Assembly (NCBI GenBank): GCA_900763675.1
Contig: CAAFLE010000104.1
Span: forward strand, 9,599-73,598
Direction: 5' to 3'
Source of the DNA: an uncultured Oscillospiraceae bacterium
GTDB lineage: Bacteria; Bacillota; Clostridia; Oscillospirales; Oscillospiraceae
Length of the DNA: 64,000 bases
The stretch's first letter is position 1. Every line of letters begins with the position of its first letter. The notes under the pieces were generated by a model that did not search any database, had not been told where the DNA came from, and saw nothing but the letters and a program-made list of their open reading frames with translations. Positions 8,696-18,112 of this stretch are shown piece by piece. The translations under genes and the position numbers were made by a program.

Positions 8696-10099
8696 TTACC
8701 GATCCTTGTAGAACGCCCAGACCGCTTTGTAGGTCTCGTAGCAGTCGAACTTCGCCACGGTCTCAAACGGCGCGTGCATCGAGAACACGGGCGTACCGGC
8801 GTCGATGGTGTCAATGTTGCGGTTCGCCATATGCTGTGCGACCGTTCCGCCGCCGCCCTGATCGACCTTGCCAAGCTCGCTCGTCTGCCAGACGACGTCG
8901 TTGTCGGCAAAAATTCTGCGCAGCGTGCCGACGACCTCGGCAGAGGCGTCGTTGCTGCCGGATTTGCCGCGGGAGCCGGTGAACTTGCAGATGCCGACGC
9001 CGTAGTTGGCGCGGGCGCCGTTGCGGTTGGGATACTCGCTCACTTCCCAGAACGTCGGGTCGTAGGCGTTGCACACGTCCGCGCTGATGCAGAAGCTGTT
9101 CGCAAAGCAGTCGCGCAGATGCACGTCCTGCTGCTCGCAGAGATCCTCCATGAACGTTTCAAAGGCGCGGCTCTGCATACCGGAAACGCCCATCGAGCCG
9201 ATCTCCTCCTTGTCGGCAAGAACGCACACGGCGGTGCGCTCCGGCGTTTCGGTGTCGAAGATCGCCTTGAGCTCGGCATAGGCGCACACGCGGTCGTCCT
9301 GACCGTAGCCGCCGATCAGGGAGCGGTCCACGCCAATGTCGCAGGCTTCAAAGCTCGGCACGACCTCCAGCTCGGCGGAGAGGAAGTCCTCCTCCGTAAT
9401 GCCATAGCGGTCGTTGAGAAGCGACATGACCGCGAGCATCACGCGCTTGTTGCCTTCCCCGGCGTAGGGAATGCTTCCGGCGAGAACGTTGAGATATTCA
9501 CCCGGAATGATGTCCGAGCCGTGCTTTGCCATCTGGTCCTTGGCGAGATGCGGCAGCAGATCGGTGATGGTGAATTTCGGGTCATCCGGGTCCTTGCCGA
9601 TGACGACCTCCACGGTTTCGCCGTCCTTCTTCGTCACGACACCGTGCAGCTCCAGCGGGATGGCGACCCACTGGTATTTCTTGATGCCGCCGTAGTAATG
9701 CGTTTTGAAAAGGCAGATCTCGTCTTTTTCATAGAGCGGCAGCGGCTTGAGATCGAGCCGCGGGGAATCGACGTGCGCCGCGGCAATGTTCGCGCCCTTG
9801 TCCAGCGTCTCGCGCCCCATCACGGCGAGCAGGAGCGCCTTGCCGCGCACGCTCTTATAGACCTTCGTGCCGGGTTCCAGCACCATGCCGCGCTCGTAGG
9901 GAACAAAGCCCAGCGCTTCCGCCTGCGAGATCGCCTCGGCGACCGCCTCGCGCTCGGTGCGGGCGGCGTTGAGATACGCCTTGTACGCCGTGCAGTATTC
10001 CTCGAGCTTGATGCGCTCGTCTACGTTGATGAGATCGTAGCCGTGCTTCTGATGATAAAGAAGCTGCTCGCGCAGCGTATCCAGTTCTTTTTCTTCCAT
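8696..10099 (-). CDS. M18-family aminopeptidase
   Basis: AAHVDSPRLDLKP, DDRVCAYA, DKEEIGS, GGGGTVAQ and GTPVFSMHAP match the M18 (aspartyl aminopeptidase-like) metal-site blocks. AAAGGA precedes the ATG at 10099. Confidence 0.9.
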   Translation of the reverse strand: MEEKELDTLREQLLYHQKHGYDLINVDERIKLEEYCTAYKAYLNAARTEREAVAEAISQAEALGFVPYERGMVLEPGTKVYKSVRGKALLLAVMGRETLDKGANIAAAHVDSPRLDLKPLPLYEKDEICLFKTHYYGGIKKYQWVAIPLELHGVVTKKDGETVEVVIGKDPDDPKFTITDLLPHLAKDQMAKHGSDIIPGEYLNVLAGSIPYAGEGNKRVMLAVMSLLNDRYGITEEDFLSAELEVVPSFEACDIGVDRSLIGGYGQDDRVCAYAELKAIFDTETPERTAVCVLADKEEIGSMGVSGMQSRAFETFMEDLCEQQDVHLRDCFANSFCISADVCNAYDPTFWEVSEYPNRNGARANYGVGICKFTGSRGKSGSNDASAEVVGTLRRIFADNDVVWQTSELGKVDQGGGGTVAQHMANRNIDTIDAGTPVFSMHAPFETVAKFDCYETYKAVWAFYKDR

Positions 10100-10295
10100 G
10101 GGATATATCCTTTCTGTGTTATATTTTTTTAGGCAGCACCGCATAATTCGGCGAGAGCGGGCGGCGGGGGATTTTGGGATTGAAAATAGGCGCTTTCCCG
10201 CAGCAATACTTTGTGTATTGCAAGGGGAAGGAACGACTTTTCAGCGCAAAAGCGCCGCCGAACGCCGATGACGATATTGTGTGGTGCTGCCTCTA

Positions 10296-11501
10296 TTAAC
10301 CGATGCCAAAAAGCTCCCGGCATTTGGCTTTCAGTTCGTCACTTGTGCCGTCGTTGCGCAGCAGATAATCGCAGCGCGTTTCGTAATACTCGTCGTCCGG
10401 CTGCGCCTCGATGCGGGCGAGCGCGTAGTCCTCGGAAATGCCGTCCCGCGCCATGATCCGTTGGCAGCGGTTCTCGCGGGACGCCGTCACGCCGACGGTA
10501 AAAACGCAGTCCTCGGAAATGCCGCTTTCAAAAAGCGCGATAGCGTCTACGACCGCGACCGTGCCGCCCTGCCAGACATATCCGCGCAGCCGCCGGTAGA
10601 TGTCCTCGCGGACATAGCGGTGCGTGATGGCGTTGAGATCGCGCAGCGCCTCCGGCACAGAGAAAACGATGGCGCCGAGCATCTTCCGGTCGAGCGTGCC
10701 GTTTTTGAACACCGCCGGGAACCGGGCGCGGATCTCCGCGAGCATGGTCTCGTTCGTTTCCAGCAGCTCGTGGTAGATTTCGTCGCAGTCGAGCGATAGC
10801 ACGCCCTGCGCGGCGAGATAATCCGAAACGGTCGTCTTGCCGCTGCCGGAGCCGCCAGTCACGCCGATGAGCCGCACGCCGGAGAGCAGCGCGTTTTCGA
10901 TCTCCTCTCCCGGCAGAGCGCCCTCGCGCAGAATGGCGAAGGGCTTCTGCGTCAGATCGAGAATGGTGGACTCGCGGGAAAAGGCGCATTTGCCGCCGTC
11001 GATCACGCCCTCGATCTGCCCGTCAAAGTAGGCGAGGACCTGCTGCGCCGTCGTGGGGCTGGGTGCTCCCGACGGGTTGGCGGAGGGACCGGCAAGCGGA
11101 AGTCTTGCGCGTTCCAGCAGCGAGAGCGTAAGCTCGTGCGCCGGGCAGCGCAGCCCCACGGTGTCCTTTCCGGCGCGGACGATGGACGGCACCACGTCCT
11201 TTTTCGCTTCCAGCACGAGCGTGAGCGGACCGGGCCAGAACCGGGCGGCGAGAATAAACGCCGCCGGGGGGATGTGTTCGGCGTATTTTTCGATTTCGCC
11301 GGGTCCCGCGACCATGAGCGAGAGCGGCTTTATCTCCGGGCGGCCCTTGACCTCGTAGAGGTGCGCGACCGCCTCGGCGTCGAGACCGTTGGCGCAGAGA
11401 CCGTATACCGTCTCCGTCGGCACCGCGACCAGCCCGCCGAGCCGCAGCGACGCCGCGGCGACGGGGATGTCGCTTTCTTCGGTAAAAATACGGGTTTCCA
11501 T
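10296..11501 (-). CDS. Fusion protein: L-threonylcarbamoyladenylate synthase (TsaC/YwlC, YrdC domain) + dephospho-CoA kinase (CoaE)
   Basis: The N-terminal half carries YrdC-domain motifs (VAVPTETVYGLCAN, VKGRPEIKPL, FWPGPLTLVL, GPSANPSG). The C-terminal half carries the CoaE P-loop IGVTGGSGSGKTT and the CoaE-like remainder. Confidence 0.85.
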   Translation of the reverse strand: METRIFTEESDIPVAAASLRLGGLVAVPTETVYGLCANGLDAEAVAHLYEVKGRPEIKPLSLMVAGPGEIEKYAEHIPPAAFILAARFWPGPLTLVLEAKKDVVPSIVRAGKDTVGLRCPAHELTLSLLERARLPLAGPSANPSGAPSPTTAQQVLAYFDGQIEGVIDGGKCAFSRESTILDLTQKPFAILREGALPGEEIENALLSGVRLIGVTGGSGSGKTTVSDYLAAQGVLSLDCDEIYHELLETNETMLAEIRARFPAVFKNGTLDRKMLGAIVFSVPEALRDLNAITHRYVREDIYRRLRGYVWQGGTVAVVDAIALFESGISEDCVFTVGVTASRENRCQRIMARDGISEDYALARIEAQPDDEYYETRCDYLLRNDGTSDELKAKCRELFGIG

Positions 11502-11506
11502 GCCCT

Positions 11507-12577
11507 TTAAACGCCTCCCGGTTCGGAATTTTGCAGCTGTTCGGCGCGGTACGCGGTAAGCAGCGCGTCGATCAGCTCGTCGAGATCGCCGTTCATCACG
11601 GCGTCGAGCTTGTAGAGCGTGAGACCGATGCGGTGATCGGTCACGCGCCCCTGTGGGAAATTATAAGTGCGTATGCGCTCGTTGCGCATTCCGGAGCCGA
11701 CCTGCGATCTCCGCTGCGCGGAGACGGCGGCGTCCTGCTTGTCCTTCTCCGCCTGCGCGAGCCGCGAGGCAAGCACGCTCAGCGCCCGCGCCTTGTTCTT
11801 ATACTGGCTGCGCTCGTCCTGACATTCCACGACCGTGCCGGTCGGCAGGTGCGTCACGCGGATGGCGCTCGAGGTCTTGTTGACCTTCTGTCCGCCCGCG
11901 CCGGAGGAGCGGAACGTGTCGATCTGAAGCTCGGCGGGGTTTAAGTGAAACTCGCTCTCCTCCAGCTCCGGCAGCACCGCCACGGTGCAGGTGCTGGTGT
12001 GAATGCGCCCCTGCGTCTCCGTTTCCGGCACGCGCTGCACGCGGTGGACGCCGCTTTCAAACCGGAAGCGCGAAAAGGCGTTCGCGCCGCCGACGATGAA
12101 GTCGATCTCCCGGATACCGCCCAGCTCCGTTTCACTGCGGTTGATGATCTCGACCGAAAACCCCTTCCGCTCGGCGTACATTTCATACATCCGGAAAAGG
12201 TCGGCGGCAAACAGGGCGCTCTCCTCACCGCCGACGCCGCCGCGGATCTCCACGATGACGTTTTTCCCGTCGTCCGGGTCCTTCGGCAGCAGAAGGAGCT
12301 TCAGCTCCCCGGCGGTGCGTTCCAGCCCGGCGCGGGCTTCGTCGAGCGATTCCCGGGCGAGAGAGCGCATTTCCGGGTCGGAGAGCAGCGTCTCGGCGTC
12401 CTCCGCTTCCCGGCGGAAGCTCTCGTAGCGGTCGTAGGCTTCCATCAGGGGGGTCAGCTCCGCCTTCTCGCGGCTGAGCGCCGCGGCTCTGTCGGCGTCC
12501 GTCCAGATCTCCGGCTGCGCAAGCGTGTATTCGATCTCGGCAAAGCGCTGCGCCAGCTTTTGCAGCTTTTCGAGCAT
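11507..12577 (-). CDS. prfA: Peptide chain release factor 1
   Basis: GGQ motif (SSGAGGQKVNKTSSA) and the RF1-type PxT loop (VPETETQGRIHTS). GGGGGA lies 7 nt before the ATG at 12577. Confidence 0.95.
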   Translation of the reverse strand: MLEKLQKLAQRFAEIEYTLAQPEIWTDADRAAALSREKAELTPLMEAYDRYESFRREAEDAETLLSDPEMRSLARESLDEARAGLERTAGELKLLLLPKDPDDGKNVIVEIRGGVGGEESALFAADLFRMYEMYAERKGFSVEIINRSETELGGIREIDFIVGGANAFSRFRFESGVHRVQRVPETETQGRIHTSTCTVAVLPELEESEFHLNPAELQIDTFRSSGAGGQKVNKTSSAIRVTHLPTGTVVECQDERSQYKNKARALSVLASRLAQAEKDKQDAAVSAQRRSQVGSGMRNERIRTYNFPQGRVTDHRIGLTLYKLDAVMNGDLDELIDALLTAYRAEQLQNSEPGGV

Positions 12578-12692
12578 CCGGGCATCCCCCTTTCCATACA
12601 TAATTTATCATATCACACGCCGCGGCGAATGTAAACGCACAAAAAAGCCGCTTCCGTGTCCATCCCCACCGTCAAAGCCTGCGGCTTTGACA

Positions 12693-12748
12693 CCTCCCCT
12701 TGTTCCCAAGGGGAGGCAAAAAAGGCTCCCCTTGTACCCAAGGGGAGC
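12693..12748. repeat. Two adjacent copies of a CTCCCCTTG-N6-CAAGGGGAG palindromic hairpin element
   Basis: CCTCCCCTTgttcccAAGGGGAGG at 12693-12716 and GCTCCCCTTgtacccAAGGGGAGC at 12725-12748. A third copy lies at 19499-19522. Confidence 0.6.
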
Positions 12749-12784
12749 TGGCGAGCCGTAAGGCGAGTCTGAGGGGATGCCGTT

Positions 12785-13504
12785 TTACGAAATGTCGGGA
12801 AGGGCGTAGCACGAAGCCGATGGATCCCCCGGAGACGGCTCAACCATGATGTCAAAGATATGACCGCAGGTCGGGCAGCGCCATATGTGGGTCCATTCAT
12901 TGGGCTCGTACAAAACCTCCGTGTGTTCTCCCTGCCCTCCGCTGGCTCCGCATACGGTGCAGCTGCGGACGTGATAATCGCCCGCATCGGTGTAGCTGCC
13001 ATAGGTGTGCGGACCGCGGGCAAGGTCAAACTCGATGCCGCAGTAATCCTCGCACGTGCCGTAGCGCAGACCGATCCAGCGGCAGTCCTGATTGAATACG
13101 CGGTGCCAGCGGTATACGTGTTCGCTGTCCGGGTCCTTTTCCGGCGCGTAGCTCCTCACGGCGTCGATGAGCGTCTGCGAGGGCTTGTAGCCGTCGGCAA
13201 CGAAAATGCGCGTTTCTGTGCCGCCCTTGCCGGGGCGGATGACGAGCGGCATTTCCTCAAGGAGCTCGCGTTCGGTCTTGCCGTCCTTCGTCGTTTCCTT
13301 ATACCAGGAAACGGAGGTTTCGATCTCCTCGTCGATCGCGTCGCGGTCTACAAAGAAGAGCGCGAGCCGGTCGGCGGTGAGGAGCGTTTCGTCTGCCGGT
13401 TCCAGCACGACGGTGACGGAAGCGTCGTCCGCCGCGGCGGCGAATACCGCGCAGAGCGAGAGCGTGAGCAGCAGCGCCAGAAGAAGAGCGGTGAGCTTTT
13501 TTAT
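12785..13504 (-). CDS. Secreted Cys-containing hypothetical protein, apparent non-canonical ATA start
   Basis: The track ORF starts at GTG 13408. The same frame stays open upstream and encodes a textbook signal peptide, (I/M)KKLTALLLALLLTLSLCAVFAAAADD. AAAGGAGG lies 6 nt upstream of ATA at 13504, and the C-terminus has CxxC...CxxC. Confidence 0.55.
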   Translation of the reverse strand: MKKLTALLLALLLTLSLCAVFAAAADDASVTVVLEPADETLLTADRLALFFVDRDAIDEEIETSVSWYKETTKDGKTERELLEEMPLVIRPGKGGTETRIFVADGYKPSQTLIDAVRSYAPEKDPDSEHVYRWHRVFNQDCRWIGLRYGTCEDYCGIEFDLARGPHTYGSYTDAGDYHVRSCTVCGASGGQGEHTEVLYEPNEWTHIWRCPTCGHIFDIMVEPSPGDPSASCYALPDIS

Positions 13505-13561
13505 GGAGGTCCTCCTTTGATGGATTGTGGTCGTTCATGGTTTGGCTTATGTACCAATCGC

Positions 13562-13590
13562 ATTGTACCACAGCCAAAAGGAGAAAGCAA
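13562..13590 (-). promoter_or_regulatory. Promoter for the 12785..13504 gene
   Basis: On the minus strand: TTGCTT, 17 nt, TACAAT with an extended -10 TG (TGgTACAAT). Confidence 0.5.
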
Positions 13591-13604
13591 GCGATATTGC
13601 GCCG

Positions 13605-14135
13605 TCACTCATAAACGGAAATCAGAAATACCTTGTCCAGCGTGCCGAGCGCCGCCGCGTTCCGAACGGCAAACGCCAGCTTGGGGAGACAAAGCGACGT
13701 ATATTCCAGCGAGAGCGGCGGCAGACGCATAGCATCGTCCAACCGGCGCAGCGCTTCCGCCAGAGAGCCGCGGCAGGAGCCGTCAAAGGCGGTTTTCAGA
13801 AACGCGAGGAGATCGCCGTCGGAAACGCGGTCCTGCGTGTTGTTTTTCAGAGTATAAAATAAGCCGATCAGCTCGTGCAGCGTTTCCTCATAGTTCTCCG
13901 GCAGAATGTACGGCGAGGTGCAGAAGGTCTCGATCAGCGCTCCGACGATGCTGTCGCCCCACTCGATGCGCCGCGTCTCCCGCAGCGTGTCCGTGCGCGT
14001 CTGTGCCAGAGCAAGCGCCTGCGGCTCCGTGAGCGCCAGACCGTATGACATAGCCACATCGTTGCAGGCAAGGATCCTGTCCGCCGTCCGCCGCTCCCGA
14101 GAGAGCGCCGCCGGACACGGGCGGCAATTTGGCAA
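13605..14135 (-). CDS. Hypothetical protein (start uncertain; ATG at 14051 is an alternative)
   Basis: The ORF has normal, non-shadow amino-acid composition (LTEPQALALAQTRTDTLRE...HELIGLFYTLKNN...). I recognise no motif. Confidence 0.45.
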   Translation of the reverse strand: MPNCRPCPAALSRERRTADRILACNDVAMSYGLALTEPQALALAQTRTDTLRETRRIEWGDSIVGALIETFCTSPYILPENYEETLHELIGLFYTLKNNTQDRVSDGDLLAFLKTAFDGSCRGSLAEALRRLDDAMRLPPLSLEYTSLCLPKLAFAVRNAAALGTLDKVFLISVYE

Positions 14136-14163
14136 AGTTCACGGTTTGTTCCCAATCTCGCCC

Positions 14164-14192
14164 TTGACAAGAAACGCCGGAGAGCTTATAAT
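14164..14192 (+). promoter_or_regulatory. Sigma-70-type promoter for rpsU
   Basis: TTGACA, 17 nt, TATAAT (exact consensus) about 70 nt upstream of rpsU. Confidence 0.6.
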
Positions 14193-14260
14193 ACCCACGT
14201 TAAAAGCCGAAAGTTTGATCTTCCAAAGCGTTTCGGCGCCTGCGGAGGGAGGGATATAGA

Positions 14261-14440
14261 ATGTCTGAAATCCATGTCAAGGAAAACGAATCTCTGGATG
14301 CCGCTCTGAAGCGCTTCAAGCGCTCCTGCGCGAAGGCCGGAGTTCTGGCTGACCTGCGCAAGAAGGAGTACTACCAGAGCCCCAGCGTCAAGCGCCGCAA
14401 GAAGTCCGAGGCAGCCCGCAAGAACAAGCGCTATTATTGA
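14261..14440 (+). CDS. rpsU: 30S ribosomal protein S21
   Basis: 59-aa translation [69 protein letters not shown] lies upstream. It is absent from the ORF track because it is under 60 aa. Confidence 0.9.
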   Translation: MSEIHVKENESLDAALKRFKRSCAKAGVLADLRKKEYYQSPSVKRRKKSEAARKNKRYY

Positions 14441-14445
14441 TTTGA

Positions 14446-16065
<1,620 letters not shown>

Positions 16066-16258
16066 CGGTGTTCAAACAAACCCCACTCCGCTGAGGGGTT
16101 TACTTGAGGGGCTGCGGCTCGCGGCAGTGCACTCGCTTCGCTCGCACGTTTGCGAGCCGAGCGGTATTTTCTCCGACGCGCATATCGCCGGAGAAAATGC
16201 TCCAAATTTATTTGTTCCTGCGGGAGCAAACTCTGGTGAGACCTTTTATACGAGAAAA

Positions 16259-16290
16259 CGGGAGACGAAATTGCCGTCTCCCGTTTTCTG
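16259..16290 (+). terminator. Intrinsic terminator (end of the guaB transcription unit)
   Basis: CGGGAGACG-AAATTG-CCGTCTCCCG followed by TTTTCTGTT. Confidence 0.7.
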
Positions 16291-16319
16291 TTGCGTATAT
16301 CGGAAAAAGTTGGTATAAT
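16291..16319 (+). promoter_or_regulatory. Promoter for cobB/tagA
   Basis: TTGCGT, 17 nt, TATAAT with an extended -10 TG. Confidence 0.5.
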
Positions 16320-16346
16320 ACTTTCAGTAAAAGGGGGAGTGTTTCC

Positions 16347-17066
16347 ATGCAGGACAATATTGCCGTGCTTCGCCGGTGGATCGCCGAGAGCGATAACATC
16401 GTCTTTTTCGGCGGCGCGGGCGTGTCCACGGAATCCGGAATCCCCGATTTCCGCAGCACGGACGGGCTGTACCGGCAGGAGTACAGGTACCCGCCGGAAA
16501 CGATCTTAAGCCATACGTTCTTTGAGCGGGACCCCGAAGAGTTTTTCCGGTTTTACCGCGCCAAGCTCATTCCCGACAAATCGGTCCGGCCCAATGCGGC
16601 GCACCGCCGCCTTGCCGAGCTGGAGCGGGAGGGAAAGCTCCGCGCCGTCATCACGCAGAACATCGACGGTCTGCATCAGGCGGCGGGCAGCCGGCGCGTT
16701 ATCGAGCTGCACGGCTCGATCCACCGGGCGCGGTGCTCCCGGTGCGGCAAGCCGTGTCCCGCAGAGACGGTCAACACCGGCGAGGGCGTGCCGCGGTGCG
16801 CCTGCGGCGGCGTGCTGCGCCCGGAGGTCGTGCTGTATGAAGAGCCGCTCGACGAGCGGGACATTACCGACGCGGTGAACTTTATCCGCGCAGCCGACGT
16901 CCTAATCGTAGGCGGAACGTCTCTCGCGGTCTACCCCGCGGCGGGACTGCTGCGCTATTATACCGGCAATAAGCTCGCGCTTGTGAACATGGGCGCGACA
17001 GACTACGATGAATCGGCGGACCTTCTCATCCGCGAGAAGATCGGCAAGGTATTCTCCAAAGTATGA
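16347..17066 (+). CDS. cobB: NAD-dependent protein deacylase (Sir2 family)
   Basis: GAGVSTESGIPDFRS, TQNIDGLH, a catalytic His in ELHGS, and the Zn ribbon CSRCGK...CACGG. AAGGGGGAG precedes the ATG at 16347. The track start at 16104 would span a terminator and a promoter. Confidence 0.9.
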   Translation: MQDNIAVLRRWIAESDNIVFFGGAGVSTESGIPDFRSTDGLYRQEYRYPPETILSHTFFERDPEEFFRFYRAKLIPDKSVRPNAAHRRLAELEREGKLRAVITQNIDGLHQAAGSRRVIELHGSIHRARCSRCGKPCPAETVNTGEGVPRCACGGVLRPEVVLYEEPLDERDITDAVNFIRAADVLIVGGTSLAVYPAAGLLRYYTGNKLALVNMGATDYDESADLLIREKIGKVFSKV

Positions 17067-17773
17067 AAGTGAACATTCTGGGCGTGGCGTTCGACGCGCT
17101 CACGCTCGATGAAGCCGAGGAGCGCTGCGGCGAGCTGCTGCGCGGACAAAAGGGCGGCGCCGTCGTCACGGCAAACCCGGAGATCGTGCTGCGCTGCCGG
17201 GACGACGCGGTTTACGCTGCGGCGGTGAACGGCGCGGAGCTGGTCCTCGCGGACGGCGTCGGCGATCTGTATGCCGCCCGCATTCTCGGCACGCCCCTCC
17301 CGGAGCGCGTCGCGGGGGCGGACCTTGTCCCGCGGCTGCTGGCGGCTCTGGCGCGGCGCGGCGGCAGCGTCTTTCTCTACGGCGCACGCCCCGGCGTGGC
17401 GGAAAGAGCTGGGGGGCGGCTGCAAAACGCCTACCCCGGACTTCGTATCGCCGGAACGGAAAATGGGTATATTTCCGATGAAACGGCGCTTTTTGCCGCA
17501 CTGAACGCACAAAAGCCCGATCTTCTTCTGCTCGGTCTCGGCGCACCGCGGCAGGAGCTTTGGATGGCGGAGAACCGCCGGAGCATAAGCGCCGTGATGA
17601 TCGGCGTCGGCGGTCTGCTCGATGTGCTTGCCGGAGATGTTCCCCGCGCACCCGAACGCTGGCAGAAGCTGGGGCTGGAATGGCTTTACCGGCTTGTCCG
17701 CGAGCCGAAACGCATCCGGCGCATGATCCGCCTGCCGGAAATACTGCTCATCGCTCTGCGCGAGCGCAAATAA
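17063..17773 (+). CDS. WecB/TagA/CpsF-family glycosyltransferase
   Basis: Family-typical MKVNILGV.FD...., GAPRQELW and GVGG blocks. The ATGA overlap with cobB suggests translational coupling. Confidence 0.85.
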   Translation: MKVNILGVAFDALTLDEAEERCGELLRGQKGGAVVTANPEIVLRCRDDAVYAAAVNGAELVLADGVGDLYAARILGTPLPERVAGADLVPRLLAALARRGGSVFLYGARPGVAERAGGRLQNAYPGLRIAGTENGYISDETALFAALNAQKPDLLLLGLGAPRQELWMAENRRSISAVMIGVGGLLDVLAGDVPRAPERWQKLGLEWLYRLVREPKRIRRMIRLPEILLIALRERK

Positions 17774-17796
17774 AAAGGAGACCCCCGAAGGGGTCT
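17771..17796 (-). terminator. Intrinsic terminator for the minus-strand microprotein gene
   Basis: GAGACCCC-CGAA-GGGGTCTC hairpin. A T-run follows it on the minus strand (AAAAA on plus, 17771-17775). Confidence 0.65.
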
Positions 17797-17805
17797 CGCG
17801 GAGAA

Positions 17806-17952
17806 CTCAGCAGCCGCAGCCGCAGCCGTTGTTGTTTCCGCAGCCGCAGCCGTTGTTGCAGCCGCAGCCGCAGCCGCATCCGCCGCAGCCGAAGAGCAGG
17901 ATGAGAATGATGATGATCCAAAGGCAGCCGCCGTTATTATTTCCGCAGAACA
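17806..17952 (-). CDS. 48-aa Cys/Gly/Asn-rich tiny transmembrane protein (YjcZ-like architecture)
   Basis: Translation MFCGNNNGGCLWIIIILILLFGCGGCGCGCGCNNGCGCGNNNGCGCGC. GGAGAAAGGGA Shine-Dalgarno upstream and its own terminator downstream. Absent from the ORF track because it is under 60 aa. Confidence 0.6.
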
Positions 17953-18112
17953 TGGAATATTCCCTTTCTCCGTGCAAGACTTACGCACCGGCGGCGCACG
18001 GCGTCTCTGCCGGTCGGCGCTGTCGCTGGTAGGAGTTCCGGGGTTTTCGCCCCGTCTGCGGTATTCTATGCCCGGCAGCGCCGGGCGGTTACAACCCCCA
18101 AGGAGAGCATTT

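Noticed and set aside
8774-10132. 452-aa plus-strand ORF.
   Set aside because: It is antisense to the M18 aminopeptidase, whose metal-site motifs are unambiguous. Its composition is shadow-ORF-like.
10131-10292. 10-bp inverted repeat AGGCAGCACC / GGTGCTGCCT bracketing the whole intergenic region between the aminopeptidase and tsaC-coaE genes.
   Set aside because: Arms this short, about 140 bp apart, are expected by chance several times in 64 kb. There is no mobile-element gene or target-site duplication.
16104-16346. N-terminal extension of cobB proposed by the ORF track.
   Set aside because: It would run through an intrinsic terminator (16259-16290) and a promoter (16291-16319). The Sir2 homology begins only at the SD-preceded ATG at 16347.
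17809-17874. Possible CRISPR-like or other non-coding repeat array (GCAGCC repeats).
   Set aside because: The units are 6 nt, contiguous, without spacers, and in frame within a small ORF. This is not a CRISPR array. No CRISPR array was seen anywhere in the window.
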